DNA from: Camelus ferus
Lineage: Eukaryota
Length of the DNA: 64,000 nucleotides
NCBI RefSeq assembly: GCF_009834535.1
Contig: NC_045707.1
Coordinates: 62,746,001 to 62,810,000, forward strand
Direction: 5' to 3'
Shown here: positions 36,720 to 50,020 of the stretch, piece after piece
How the letters are laid out: each line of letters begins with the position of its first letter
How positions within the stretch are numbered: the stretch's first letter is position 1
Program-made: the position numbers and the translations under genes
The notes under the pieces: model-generated
Told to the model about the DNA's origin: nothing
The model's database searches: none
The model's input: the letters and a program-made list of their open reading frames with translations, nothing else

Positions 36720-39700
36720 TTTCCTTTTTTTTTTTAATTAAATTTAATTTTTTTTAAATACACGTAAAATTTAGCATCTTAACCATTTTTAGACACGTGA
36801 TTCAGGGGTATTAAGTAGATTCATATGATTGTATATCTACCATCATCTATCCAGAACTTTTTTCATCTTCAAAAGTAAAACTCTGTACCCATTCAATAAT
36901 AACTCCCCATTCCCCGCTACCCTAGTCCCTAACAACCACCATAGTATTTTCTGTGACTTCCACTGCTCTCAATGTATCAAATATGTGGAGTTAAGTGTCA
37001 TTTTCTGTCTGTGACTGGCTTATTTCAACTTAGCATCATGTCCTCAAAATGTATACACGTTATGGTATATGTCAGAATTTCTTTCTTTTTAAGGCTGTAC
37101 ACACCACATTTTACTTATCCATTTATCTGTTGATGGACAGTTGAGTTGCTTCTAAATTTTAGCTACTGAGAATAATGTTCCTATGAACAGGGGTGTACCA
37201 AGTAGGGTCTTTAAGACCCTATTTTTAATCCTTTGGGGTGTATACCCAGAAGGGAAATTGTTGAATCATATGATAATTCTATTTTCATTTTTGAGGAATC
37301 GCCATTCTGTTTCCCACAGCAGCTGTCCCAGTTTACATTACCACCAGCAGTGCACAAGGGTTCCAGCTTTTCCACATCTTCACCAAATCACCAACACTTG
37401 TTCATTTCTTTTCTTTTTCTCTGATGGCAGTCACCCTAATGGATATGAGGTGACATCTCATTGTGGTTTTGTTTTTCATTTCCCTAGGGATAGTGATAAT
37501 GAGCATCTTTTCATGTGCTTATTGGATTTTCATGTATCTTCTTTCAAGAAATGTCTGCTCAAGTCCTTTAACCCATTTTGAATCAGGTTTTTCAATTTTT
37601 TGTTGTTGAATGTTTTGCATTCTCTATATATTCTGTATAGTAATCTCTCTTTAGATACGTGATTTTCAAACAATTCTTCCAATTCTATAGGTCACCTTTT
37701 CACTCAGTTGGTAATGTGCTTTGATGCACAAAAGTTTCCAAATTTTATGATGTCCAATTTGTCCGTTTCTGTTTCTGTTGCCTGTGCTTCTGATGTCATG
37801 TCTAAGAAGTTGTCAGCTTTAATGTGTGAAATTTTTGCCCTATATTTTATTCTAAGAGTTTTACCATTCTCAGTTCTTACACTTAGGTTTTGATTCACTT
37901 AAATTAATTTTTATATGGTATTCGGCAAGAGTCCAACTTGATTCTTTTGCATGTTGAAATCCAGTTTCCCAGGCACCAATTATAAAAAGAATGTCCTTTC
38001 CTCATTGAATGGGCTTGGAACTTGTCAAACTCATTTGACCACATATGCTAGGGTTTCTTTCTGGACTCCTTATTCTGTTCCATTTGTCTGTATGTCTGTC
38101 TGTATTCCAGTACCATGCTCTTCTGATTTCTCTAGCTTTGTAGTAAGGTTTGAAATCAGGTGTTATCCAACTTTATTATTCTATTTCCAAAACTGTTATA
38201 GCTATTTGGAGTCCTTTATAATTCTACATAAATTTTAGAATGAATTTTTCTATTTCTGCAAAAAATATCATTGGTATAAGATAGGAATTGCAGTGAATCT
38301 GTAGGTTGTTTCAGTACTTTCAGCATCTTAATATTAATATTTTAATTGATACATGTGGGATAGTTTTCCAATAATTCATGTATCTAATTCTTTAAGCAGT
38401 GTTTTGTAATTTTCCTTGTACAAGTATGTTACCTCCTTGGTTAAGTTAATTCTTAAGTATTTTGTTCTTTTTGATACTGCTATAAATAGATTTTCTAAAA
38501 TTTCCTTTTCAGATTGTTCTATATTAGTGTATAGAAATCCAACTGATTTCTGTATGTTGACTTTGTAGCCTCTAATTTTTCTATATTTGTCTATTAGTTC
38601 TAATAGTTTTTGTGTATGTGTGAAATCTTTAGGGTTTTCTATGTATAGAATAATACCATATGCAAACAAAGGTAATTTTTTGTCTTCCTTTCTGATTTGG
38701 ATAACTTTTATTTATTTTTCTTGCCTAATTTTCCTGGCTTGGACTTCAGTATTATGTTGAATAGAGTCGTGAAAAGGGATGGGGGGGGGGCATCCTTGAC
38801 TTGCTCCTGATCTGAGAGTGAAAGATTTCAGACTTTCACTCTGGAGTTGATGATTGCCTTGGGTTTTTTCATATGTGACTTTTATCATGTTTTAGGTATG
38901 TTCCTTCTATTCCTAGCTTGTTAAGTGTTTTTGTCATGAAAAGGTGTTGAATTTTGTCAAATGGTTTCTCTGCATATGTTGAGATGACCATGTGTTTTCC
39001 ACTCTTCATTTTGTAAACGTGGTACGTCACATCAATTGAGTTTCATGTCTGTTAAACTATCTTTGCATTCCAGGAATAAATACAATTTAATCATGGTACA
39101 TTATCTTTTAATATGCTGAACTCTGTTTTCTAGTATTTTACTGCAGATTTTTGCATCAATGTCCATAAAATATTTTGATCTATAGTTTTCTTTTCTGGTA
39201 GTATCTTTGTCTACCAGCTTCTGGTAGTAGCTTTGGTATCAGGGTAACACTGGCCTCATAAAATGAGTCAAGAAGTGTTTCCTCATCTTCTTCTTCTTTG
39301 TTTTTGTTTTTATTTTATTTTATTTTTTCTTATGGAAAAGCTTGTGAGATATTGTGCTAGTTCTTTAAGTGTTTGGTAGAAGTCACTGATGAAGCCATCC
39401 CACTGTCTTTTTGGGAGATTTTTGGTCACATGTTCAATCTCCTTAGTAGGGATAACTATTCAGATGTTCAGTTTCTGTATGATTTAGTCTTGATAAGTTT
39501 AGTATTCTAGGAATGTATACATTTACTCTAGATTGTTCAATTTCCTAGTGTACTATTGTTCATAGAGTCTCATAGTTATTTTTATTTCTGTAGAATCAGT
39601 AGTGATGTCACCACTTTCATTTCTGATTTAGTAATTTCAGTCTTCTCTCTTTTTTTCTCAATCAATCTAAGATTTTCTCAATTTTGTTGATTTGTTTGAA

Positions 39701-41498
39701 GAACAAACTTTAAATTTTATTGATTTTCTCTACTATTCTCTCTACTATTTTTGTATTTATTTCCTTTACTCCTGTTCTAATCATTATTGTTTCCTTTCTT
39801 CTGCTAATTTGAGGCTTAGCTTTTTCTTCTTTTTCTAGTTCTTCAACTTGTAAAGGTAAGTTGTTCATTTGAGATCTTTCTTGTTTTTAATGTAAGTATT
39901 TATAACTATAAATCTCCCCCTTAGCACTGCTTTTGCTGTGTCCCATAAATTTTGATATGTTATGTTTTCACTCTTATTTGCCTCTAAGCATTTTTAATTT
40001 CCATTGTGATTTCTTCTTTGATCCATTGGTTGTTTAAGAATGTGCTGTTTAATTTCAACAAAATTGTGAATTTTCTAGTTTTCCTTTTGCTTTACTTCTA
40101 ACTTCATTGTGGTCAGAGAAGATGATTTTGTATAATATTTATACTTTAAATGTATTTTGGTTTAAATTGTGACCTAACATGTTTTGTCTCATGCACATTT
40201 GATATAAATGTGCCTTTTTATTGTTACTGGGTGGAGTATTCTGTATACGTTCATTAGGACTATTTGATTTATTGTGTTGTTCAAATCCTTTATTTTCTTA
40301 CCTCTGATTGTTCTACTCATTATTTAAAATAAGGTATTAAAGTTTCCAACTACTTTTGTAGTAATATCTATTTTCCCTTACATTCTGCCAATTTCTGCTT
40401 ATATTTCAGTGGTATGTTATTAGGTGTTGCATTAAGTTTATATTTGTTACATATTTTGCTATATTGAAACTCTTATTAATATATGATGTCTTTTTTGCTT
40501 CTGGTAACTTTTTTTGATTTAAAGTCTATTTTATCTGACAGTAGTGTAGTCAGACTCTCTTTTGATTACCTCCTCTCTGTTGGTTACCATTTGCCCAGAC
40601 TACATTTTTCCTGCACTCTTTTGGTTACCATTTGTACAGACTATATCTTTCCATCTTTTACTTTCAACCTTTTCGTGTCTTTGAGCCTAAAGTGAATCTC
40701 TTATAAACAGCATACAGTTGTATTGTATTTTTATATCCATGCCAGACTCTGTCTTTTTATTGGAAGGTTTAATACATTTACATTTCAAGTAACTACTGAT
40801 AAAGAGAGATTCACTTGTGTCGCTTTGATATTTGTTTTTTATATGCCTTATATCTTTTTCATTCCTCAGTTCCTACATGTCTTCTTTTGTGTTTAGTTAA
40901 TTTTTTGCATTGAGATGTTTTAATTCTCTTCTCATTTCTTTTTGTGCATATTTAATAACCTTTTTTGTGTTTATTATGAGGATTACATTTAACATGCCAA
41001 AGTTATGACTCTCTTTTGAATGTTTACCAGCTTAACTTCAACAGCATACAAAACTCTGCTCCTTTGCAGTTCTGTTCCCAGTCCCTTCATTATATCAGAT
41101 GTCACAAAACTACATGTTTATACATTGGGTGTCCAAAAACATAATCTAATATTTTTCTGATTCATTCATGTCTTAAATTACATAGAAAACAAAATATGGA
41201 GTTCCAAATCAATGTCATGATAATACTAGCTTTTAGACAAATATTGGTGAGGTTTTTAAAAATGTATTAGTCTCTTAATGTCAAAAACAAAAAGTAGAGT
41301 AACAAGCCATTGTTACACTGATACCAGCTTTTATACTTGCCCATGTATTTACTTTTACTGAGGTCTTTAGATCCTGTGTATGTAATGAGTTCCTTTTTTC
41401 TTGCTATTTTCGAGATTCTCCCTTTGTCTTTGTCTTTCAACAGTTTAATTATAATAAGCTGTTTTGGTTTGAGTCTCTTTGAGTTCAACCTACTTGGT
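36720..41498 (-). mobile_element. LINE-1 (L1MB-like), ~4.8 kb, 5'-truncated and inactive
   Basis: A poly(T) tract and L1MB-type 3'UTR ('aaaatttagcatcttaaccattttta') start at 36.72 kb. ORF2 C-terminal fragment 37704-37898 (NFLDMTSEAQAT..DKLDIIKFGNFCASK). RT fragment 38376-38669 (FAYGIILYIENPKD..KLLELI..GYKVNIQKS, with catalytic FADD decayed). Endonuclease region runs to ~40.8 kb. ORF1 fragment 41370-41488 (IIIKLLKDKDKGRISKIARKKELITYTG). Confidence 0.95.
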
Positions 41499-41542
41499 TA
41501 TACAGCGGTAATTGTATATATTATTCATGAATCATGTACAGT

Positions 41543-41545
<3 letters not shown>

Positions 41546-41574
<29 letters not shown>
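41546..41574. repeat. (CA)n microsatellite
   Basis: Read directly from the sequence. Confidence 0.95.
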
Positions 41575-41578
<4 letters not shown>

Positions 41579-41680
41579 TCTCAAAAGTATTAGAGTGGTT
41601 AAGTGACTTATCCAAATAAAAGAAGGTAAGGAGTAAAAGAGAGATTTGAATCCACAATGTTTTCACTTAGATCCTCTATG
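41575..41680 (-). mobile_element. MIR SINE fragment (antisense)
   Basis: 'agagtggttaagtgacttatccaaa...agagatttgaatcca'. Confidence 0.55.
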
Positions 41681-41779
41681 CTGAAACTGGAAAAATCTTG
41701 AGATTGTATTATCTTAGTTTTGTTCTACATGAGTTTGTTCATGCACCATATTAGCAGATTTAGAGTTTATTCTTCAAGA

Positions 41780-41995
41780 ACACACATCATAACCTCTACT
41801 GTAAAATCTTCCACAGTCTCTCCTGGTGCTTCCTGCACATGTCTCTGCTAACATTTACCATGTTACAATGAATTTGTTTGCATCTTATTCCTCATACTAT
41901 TTTTTAAAAAAGGCAGCAAGTATTCCTTACTTATTGAGTTTCTGACACACAGATCAATCCCTGAAACATAATTAATTCTCAATAAATGGTGAGGA
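41780..41995 (+). mobile_element. LINE-2 3' end fragment
   Basis: 'catcataacctctactgtaaaatcttcc...ccctgaaacataattaattctcaataaatggtgagg'. Confidence 0.55.
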
Positions 41996-42789
41996 GGAAA
42001 GGATGGGAATTATAGCTGAGATGGAAAATTATTTGTTTGGTAGTGAAGTAGGTTCTGAAGCTTAAAACTACAAATAAGAGTATAGTGTTCAAGGACAGTA
42101 TGCCAGCCTGACTGGAATAAACAATTTAGGAAAACAACATATGGTCTCATGCAATATTTAATTCAGTAGAACTGAGTAATATAGAAAACTCTAGAGAGTG
42201 TTAGAAAAATTGTAATTTATGATTTCAATCAGTTCAAATCACTATATTTAAGTACTGCCAGAAGGAAGAACAGTATGTGTCATGTGAGATCCAGACTTTA
42301 GTCTCTATCGGTAAAATTATGAGTAAGCTGATTTCAGCCAATTCTAGGTCAGTACATTCTAACAGTTACCACAAAATGGACTGCCATGCCACTTAGCTCC
42401 TTGTCTGTCCTTGGGAGGATTCAAGTAAAGTCCAGATGACTCCTTGTCTGAGGAGTCCTATGAAGAACTGGAGACTGAACCAGATATATTTAATCTTTTA
42501 ATGAATCATCATGAGTTTCAATTTTCTCTAAAATAAAATACCTGTCGATTAGGATGTCAAGATTTCAGGCCACAGAACTGCTAATTCTCTAAACTTTGTT
42601 ATATCTTCTATGGATAATAGATAACAAAAACTCTTCATATGGGTTTGTGGCATTTCCATAAATGTATTTGAAATAGTTTATCAATTCAGGTGACTTTACA
42701 GAAAAGGAAGACTCTTAACATGTCGGATCCTAGAGGTTTAGATGTCTCACTTTTCTAAGAATAGATTAAATATATTTAAGTTCTGTTCT

Positions 42790-45555
42790 TCACTGAATAA
42801 AAAGGCTGTGCTAGTCACTGAAGAACTATTTGAATTGACAGAAGGTTGGAGACAATCAAATTCCCAATAAGAGGGTACTGGTTGGATAAACCATGAACAT
42901 CCATACAATGTAGTACTGTGCAGCAGTATTAAAGAATGAGAACTAAATTTGTATATAAAACAGTGATACCAAGATATCATATTGAGTAAAAAGACATGGG
43001 GTAAATGTGTACAGTGTGCTAGTATTTATCTAAAAATATGAGAGGAGTATAATTATACATTGATATATAAAATTTTATATTAATAATAAACCAATTGGAA
43101 TGATATACCATAAAAATAACAATTATCTGTACAGGAAAGAGGAAGTAGAGTAGACAGAACAGAGGGTAGACTTCTTTGAATATATCTTGTTTTGTAGATT
43201 TTATTTTAGAGTTCTGTAAATATTTTACCAAAAATTTTATTCATATGGATAAATAATCCTTGGAAGTGAAACAAATTAAACTGCGTGCACTATTGGCAGT
43301 GTAGCCTCAAAAGAGGACTTATAATAGGCAGAATCATGGGTCTTCCCAACACGTGGTCCAGCATCTAGTCCTCAGAACCTGTGAATATGTTCCTCTCATG
43401 GCAAAAGGGACTTTTCAGATGTGAGTGACCTTGGGATGCAAACCTTGGGAAGGGAAAATTACCCTGAATTATCTAAGTGAGTCCTTAAAAGTGAAGAACT
43501 TTCTTCAGCTTTGTTCAGAGAATGATGTGAGGACTGAAAAAAGGGCAAAAAAGACGGCAACACTGCTGGCTTTGAAGATGGAGGAAGGGTACCATGAGCC
43601 ACGCAGGGTGGACAGCTTCTAGGAGCTGGTAAAGGCAAGGAAATGGTTTCCCTCTAGAACCTCCAGAAAGGAAAGCAGCCCTACCAGCACCTTGATTTTA
43701 ACCCGACCTGCAGAACTGTAAGATAATAATTTTGTCTTTTTAACATCACTAAGTTTGTATTTTTTATAGTAACAATAATAAGGTAAGACAGGGATAATGC
43801 CAAGTGATTTTAAAATACAGTAATTTGACTCTATGTCTTTAGTGGGATATACCTTAAGGGAAAACAGACTGCAAAAGCTCTTAAACCATTTTTAGTAATC
43901 ATATTATGAGTTAGTTTCTCCATTTTTATGCTGAGTTAAAAAGAAAATTGTTGGTATTGTTGAAAACCAAGATATGAGAGAAAGGATATAAAGATCTAAG
44001 ATTCATTAGATGAAGAAAAAGACTCTATAGTCCTAAGTTAGAATTGTATCTGTTCTTATGAATCCAGGAACCATTTCAGCTTGAAAGAAACAATCTTGTC
44101 CACTGAAAAGTCTTAAGAACAGCAAGTGAGTTCCCCATTTCTACAAGTGTTATTTCCCCTTAAAACAAAACAGGACTTCTTAAAGAAATGGCTGATTTGA
44201 GATCTGTAGTAGAAAATATACAAGATGAGTCTTTCCACATAAAAAACAAGGGAGCCATCAAAACTATCAAGGTATTCAGGACCCATTAGAACAGATTCCA
44301 CTGATCAAAATTTGGAAAATCAGAACATCATCAAAGATAATATTTGCAATGGATTTAAACACATCAAACATCTATGGATTCATAATGATACTCAAAAAAG
44401 AAACAAAGTACCTAACTGGTCATCTTATAAAGGATCATAGAGAATGCCTTTACTATTTTTTAAAATGAGTAAACAAAGGAAAACAATCTAGAATTTATTC
44501 TACCTTTTCTCTCAAACTGTACTTCTGTGTAAGCAAGTAGCAGGTGAGGGAATATCTGTATAATAGAAAAACTCCATTAATGAAGATATTTATTGAATCA
44601 TCACAATTTTATAACCCCTACTGAATTAACATGTCTAGATATTAATGAAAATCAAGGGCAGCTAACATCACAGAAAAAGAGACAGATGGATTCTTTATGA
44701 TAGAAGTATACAACCACTTTAAAAAGTCCTTTTTAAAAAAAGAAGAAACTACAGCAAAAGTCATAAACAGTGACCTAGAATCTGACTGTCTCCTGATCAT
44801 ATACAATTAAGAGGTAATACAGGAGAGAGAGGGGCATGCTTTTTATGATACCATGTGTAAACAGTGAGTAAAATCTACACCATATGAAACTGCAGAGCAA
44901 ATAACTGTTTCCTCAACAAATTACTTACAAGAAAAAATAATGATAAAAAATGAAAGGATGTTGCAAGGGCTTAAAAATGTTTCAACCAATTGCAATGCAA
45001 ACTCCCCACTCAAACCCTTATTCAAACAAGCTGAGAGAGGGAGAGAGAGGGTGGTGGGAAGAGAGAGAGAAAGATACTGGAAAAGAGGGTGGAGAAAAAA
45101 GAAAGAAAAAAGGAAGATCAAAAAGGAACCCCAAAAAAATTTTTAAAAGTTGAACATTTAACTAGCTATTTGAGAGATACAGATATTTGATAATATTACA
45201 GAAATGTTCATTTGATAATATTACAGAATTGTTCGCTTATTTTTAGTGTGATGCAGGTATGAGAATATTTTTGAGAGTTTTTAATTTTGGGAGTAACATT
45301 CAAAGATTCATGGAAAAAGGAAGTGAAATCTATTGTTTGCTTCAAAATAATCTTGTGAGGATGAGATGGTATTGGATGCAGATGGGCTATATCGAGCAGG
45401 GATTGGTGGTGTGTGGAAGTGGGTTGGAGTATAGGTAAACAAGATTGGTCGTGCTGATGATTGTTGAAACTGGGTGATGGGTACATGAGGTTCCTAATAT
45501 GTTTCTCTCTATTTTTGTGTATATTAGAATCTTTCCGTAATAAAAAGTTAAAAGA
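42790..45555 (+). mobile_element. LINE-1 (L1MC/ME-like) long 3'UTR region, interrupted by MLT1D
   Basis: 'ttggagacaatcaaattcccaataagagggtactggttggataaaccatg', 'gaaatggctgatttgagatctg...caagatgag', and the terminus 'ttgttgaaactgggtgatgggtacatgagg...tttccgtaataaaaagttaaaa'. Confidence 0.8.
43320..43790 (+). mobile_element. MaLR solo LTR (MLT1D-like)
   Basis: 'tataataggcagaatcatgg...cagaacctgtgaatatgtt...ggcaaaagggacttttcagatgtg...ctggctttgaagatggagg...cctctagaacctccagaaagga...cagaactgtaagataataa...aagaca'. Confidence 0.85.
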
Positions 45556-46899
45556 AATGGAGAAGAAGTAAAAGAATCACTGTGAGGAGATGTTCAAGCT
45601 GCTACTAAAATATTATTTTTAAAACTTCTCTAACAATTCCTTTTCTTATAGTCAGCTAGATAAGAAAAAATATTATGAAAACTGTTACTTGTTAAAAAAA
45701 CGTTTTAAACAGCTTCCACTTTCTTAGTTCTTATAGACATCGTCATCAGTTATCCCCAATTATAAAATTACTATGTCATGCGTAATAAAATAGTTTTGCT
45801 CTACTATCATCTCACTCTTCTACTTTCCACTGCTCATGTGTAGCAGGTTCCTTCTGCCCGGTTAAACCCCAACATTCCTTTTTTTCAGTCATGAGCTATT
45901 CAGAGCAAGAATTAAATGTAGATAATTTAAGAGCTCTATCGCTGGAAGTTATCAGCTCATCCTTTAAATTCCAATTCCTCAGAATTAGGTCCTAGCAGGC
46001 TTGCTTGCAAAGCCCTAGGATGTACTCTTTTTAGAACTGACCCAGGGTCTCTAAGTTACAAGTGAAAAACAGAGACTGAAAAATACTGCTTTCCTTTTTT
46101 AAAAGCCTGTCACTAGTGGCGGGATTTTCTTTCCTGAGAAATAAAAAAAATCTATGAAGATTTCTCTTTTTATCTTCCAGCACTTGTAGAAAAATACGGT
46201 AATATGTTGTTTTCAGGAATGAAGGATTTGGGGTCCTCCCTCCTCTTAGATGGTAGTTTCAAGAACTAAGCCAAATGATCCTACAGTTCCTTGAGATGGT
46301 GAAATTAAGAGTATCTCCAAAGTCCAGGAGCCACCATCAACAGCTGAAAAAGAGGATGATATGGGCTGTGAATTCTGCTTACATTCTAACCAAATCAGTT
46401 ATACTCTTCCTTTCCTTTAAAAAGAGGGGGACTTATGTCTTTAGGGAAATTTCAATAAGCAAGTAATAATAAAGTAAATAAACCATTTTAATTTTAAAAA
46501 CTCTAATCCTTAAAAAAGTACATAAATAAATTTACATTTATGAGTATGCTTGCCTTATAGGAATGTCTCCACCAGATCTTGAATTCCCATTTGCAAAACC
46601 CAGTTTAAAAAAAGGGAACAAGAGTATGTCTTATTACAGAGAAATTTTAAAATAACTTATTCTTAATTTATATTCATTTAATTCCAAGGGTGGCTTGAAG
46701 AAGAATCTTTAATATAACCAGAACAGAGAAATAGACTATTGAAGGTAAAGTAAAAGTTATCTCTTCTTATGATATTCAAGGCAACATCCTCTAAGACACT
46801 CTGAATTGATTTATTTCCCATAATATTATTTTGGTGACAAAGTGAAGCACAGAAACCCATAATAGCTGATGTATCACAGTGGTTGGTAAAGTCTTCTAT

Positions 46900-47600
46900 C
46901 TTTCCTTTATCAGTCAAGGGCTCTTGGTGGAAAGCAACAGTAAGAGATTTTGTATAACTTGAAGAGAAAGAACGATTTACTGAAAGCCTCTCAGGGAAAT
47001 AAATAAGAATTAGTGAAAACGCTCATAGAAATCATAATACAAAGTTGTTTTCTTGGTTTTTGGGGGGGGGGTACCAAAAAAATGAGGTCACATTGCCTCT
47101 TTGATAATAGTTTCGAGAAAGAACCAAGTAATCCTGTATCTTCATAAGATGATAAAATAGGGGCATCCTCAGAGCCAGGAGTTGCCAGCAAAAGCTAAAA
47201 TAGACTCAAAACCAGGGGGGAGCCAAGAAGCATGGGGCCAGAGTAACACCACCAAGTTCTGACAAACAGTCTATTGAGGGTTACCGTCCTCGACAAACTA
47301 TCCTTGGATGCTTGGCACCACTGTCTATGACCTAGGAATCCTCAGGTACCACTGAGAATAATGTCTTAACCATCTCTGTATTTTCTGTGATGTCACATTG
47401 GAAGAATCTGACTGGTTTAGTCTAAGTCATATGAAGCTTAGTGGTTTAATACTAGGAGGTGGATTACTATTTCTTTCCTAGATCTTTAGAATAACACCCC
47501 CCCACACACACCCCCCCACACAAAATAAACACAGAAATCTATGCAGGTGCTGATTATTACTCTTGCAATAAGGTGCTTCCGGCAGCCAGTTGAATGCCTG
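46900..47600 (-). mobile_element. Old MaLR LTR (MLT1K/L-like)
   Basis: 'atcagtcaagggctcttggtggaaagcaacag...gatttactgaaag' and 'aatctgactggtttagtctaagtcatatg'. Confidence 0.55.
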
Positions 47601-47699
47601 GTCACAGACGTGAAGCCTCACTCCTGTGGCAATTTACATACCAAATTGCTTTATTTGATTGTTCATCTTTCAAAAAGAATTCAAGGATAGAAAAACTTA

Positions 47700-47925
47700 C
47701 TGGTTATGAAGAATAGCTTTGTAGTCAGACCAGCTATAATTTCATATTCTAGCTTTCCCATTATAAGATGTGAACCCTTGGGCATGTTATTTAGTCTCTC
47801 AAAGACTTGTTTTTATTATCTGCATATTTGGGTTGAAATAGCATTTACCCCAATGGGGTAGGATCATAAGAAGCCGTTCTGAGCACATAAGTGTTAAGAA
47901 AAATGTAGATATTAATATTAGCACT
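47700..47925 (+). mobile_element. MIR SINE
   Basis: 'tggttatgaagaatagctttgtagtcagacc...tgtgaacccttgggcatgttatttagtctctcaaagacttgtttttattatctgcata'. Confidence 0.75.
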
Positions 47926-50020
47926 AGTAGTAACAGAGATGTAAAAGAAAAAAAAATAGAAATGAAAACAATTTCTTAATATTATTGTCAAGAAAAGTGT
48001 ATGAGAAAAAAAAATTAAGAGAAAGCAAAGAAATTTTACTGTAAAGCTTGTCAGTTTTCAGTTTTGGTTTTATCAGTAGCTCCTCCTCCCTAAGGCACTT
48101 CTCTGATTCCTCAGATTTCCAGTCGATTTCTGCGCCTGTGCCCAACAATTTTGTAGGACCCAAGAAGTACCTTGAGAATAGATAGACAAGATTGCATCTC
48201 CGAATAGTCCCTCAGATGCTGACTAGATTATTTTGATAATCTGTGAGCCAGGGATACAATTACGAATCTTCCATTTTATCCGACGCCCGTCACTGAGGAA
48301 AAGTGTAAACTGTAACAACATAATTTGCCCAAGATCAACTCTGTATTCTGTCTCCAATATGAGTGCTTCGTTCTTGCCCTTCCTCCTCTTTCAATCAAGT
48401 CAACTCTTCAAATTACGTATTTATAGCTTTGATCACCCGCCCTTTATCCTGGTTGAGAACAGAGCCAATGACTTCATCTCTAGTGATCCAACCAAAAATT
48501 TTAGGTATGTAAACATTCTCTTTTAAACCTTTGGATTCCCTAGTCCTGTCTCTGTGGAACAGCAAGTACTCAATACATGTGGGACAATTAATTATTTAAT
48601 TCTATAAAGTAGGCTTCAGGTTCAAAGTCAAGATTTTTTTAAGTTTAACATTAAAATGAAATTATTATAGTTCACATCTATAAGCATATAAAAATTCCAT
48701 TGAAACAGAGTGAACATTGGATTTGTTTCCTTCCCTGCTTGAATACTGATGAGACTACTGGATACAAAAATCACCATTAATCATCTCATTGAATTTAATT
48801 GAACTAATGTAAATGAGAGTACTCTGTAAACTGTTATGGTATATACAAATAAGGTATTATTACTAGCCATCTGTTCCACCATATGATGATATAGTTTTGA
48901 TTATGCAAATAAAATTTTACTGGAGAAAAATTTTAAATGGTAAAATCTTACTAAAAGAAAGTGTAAATTAGTTTATATTTGATTAGATTAATCATTATCT
49001 ATCTATATTCATTTTAATATTTTAAAAATCAAAGTCAAAATTCATGGCATATTAAGAAGTTATAACCCCATAAAAGATAAAATAATGCATTAAAATTTCT
49101 ATTTCCTAAATTAGAAATTTCCAGGCTCTCATAGGTGAAGTTTCACCCACTGGAAGTACATTGACATATATACTGATCAATCCATTATTTCATCAAAAAG
49201 ATGAAATTAAATGACCGAAGTCTATGCATCGACTATTATTTATACACTTTTGCAGTGTATGCTTTTAAAGATCTCACTAGAAACTTCCCTATTCCATTCT
49301 TTAAAGCTAATCTCAAATAACTCTCTCATGATTAACCTACATCTTCATCCAAAGCATTACTAATAGAATACAAATGAGATCTACCTTCAATTTCCATAAT
49401 AATCACTGCAATTTACATAAAATTTACATAATAACAATCATAATTAAGTAGCATTATAGTAATGGTTATAAAAACAACCATCATAAATAGCATACACTGG
49501 TATAAGTTTGAGGGAGACAGAAGCTTTAAGCTATATCTGTATTTATTTTATTGTCTCATTTTACTGGAAATGTATTCATGCCACTAATCTCTTATATTTG
49601 TGTTTAGTTTCAACATAGAGCTAGAGGGGTATATTGCTTTTTTATTTCGAGAATAATATGATGCATTCTGATTATCTGAAAACCAGGAATGAATTTACTA
49701 ATTTTCCATTTGTGGCCAACACTTAGAGACAAAATCTGAGTAAAAGAATTAAATAATCACTTTTTTTTTTATTACTGCACCATCATAATGTTATTTCTTT
49801 TCTTTTCTTTTGCTTCACCCAGTTCGTCTATTATTGTTTCGCATTAGTTTTGCCTCTCATCTTTTTCCACACTATTCCTTCTAAAACTGTTCTTGCACTC
49901 TGACATTTCTATTCTTTTTTCCCTCTCCGAGATGATTAAATCTCATTGGCTATGCTAACATGGGAATAATGAATGGATGGTTTGACATGTTGTGCAGGGA
50001 ATCTTTCCTTACACAGAAGA

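Noticed and set aside
38376..38669. Active or domesticated reverse transcriptase
   Set aside because: Catalytic FADD has decayed to FAYG, and the surrounding ORF2 is broken by stops and frameshifts.
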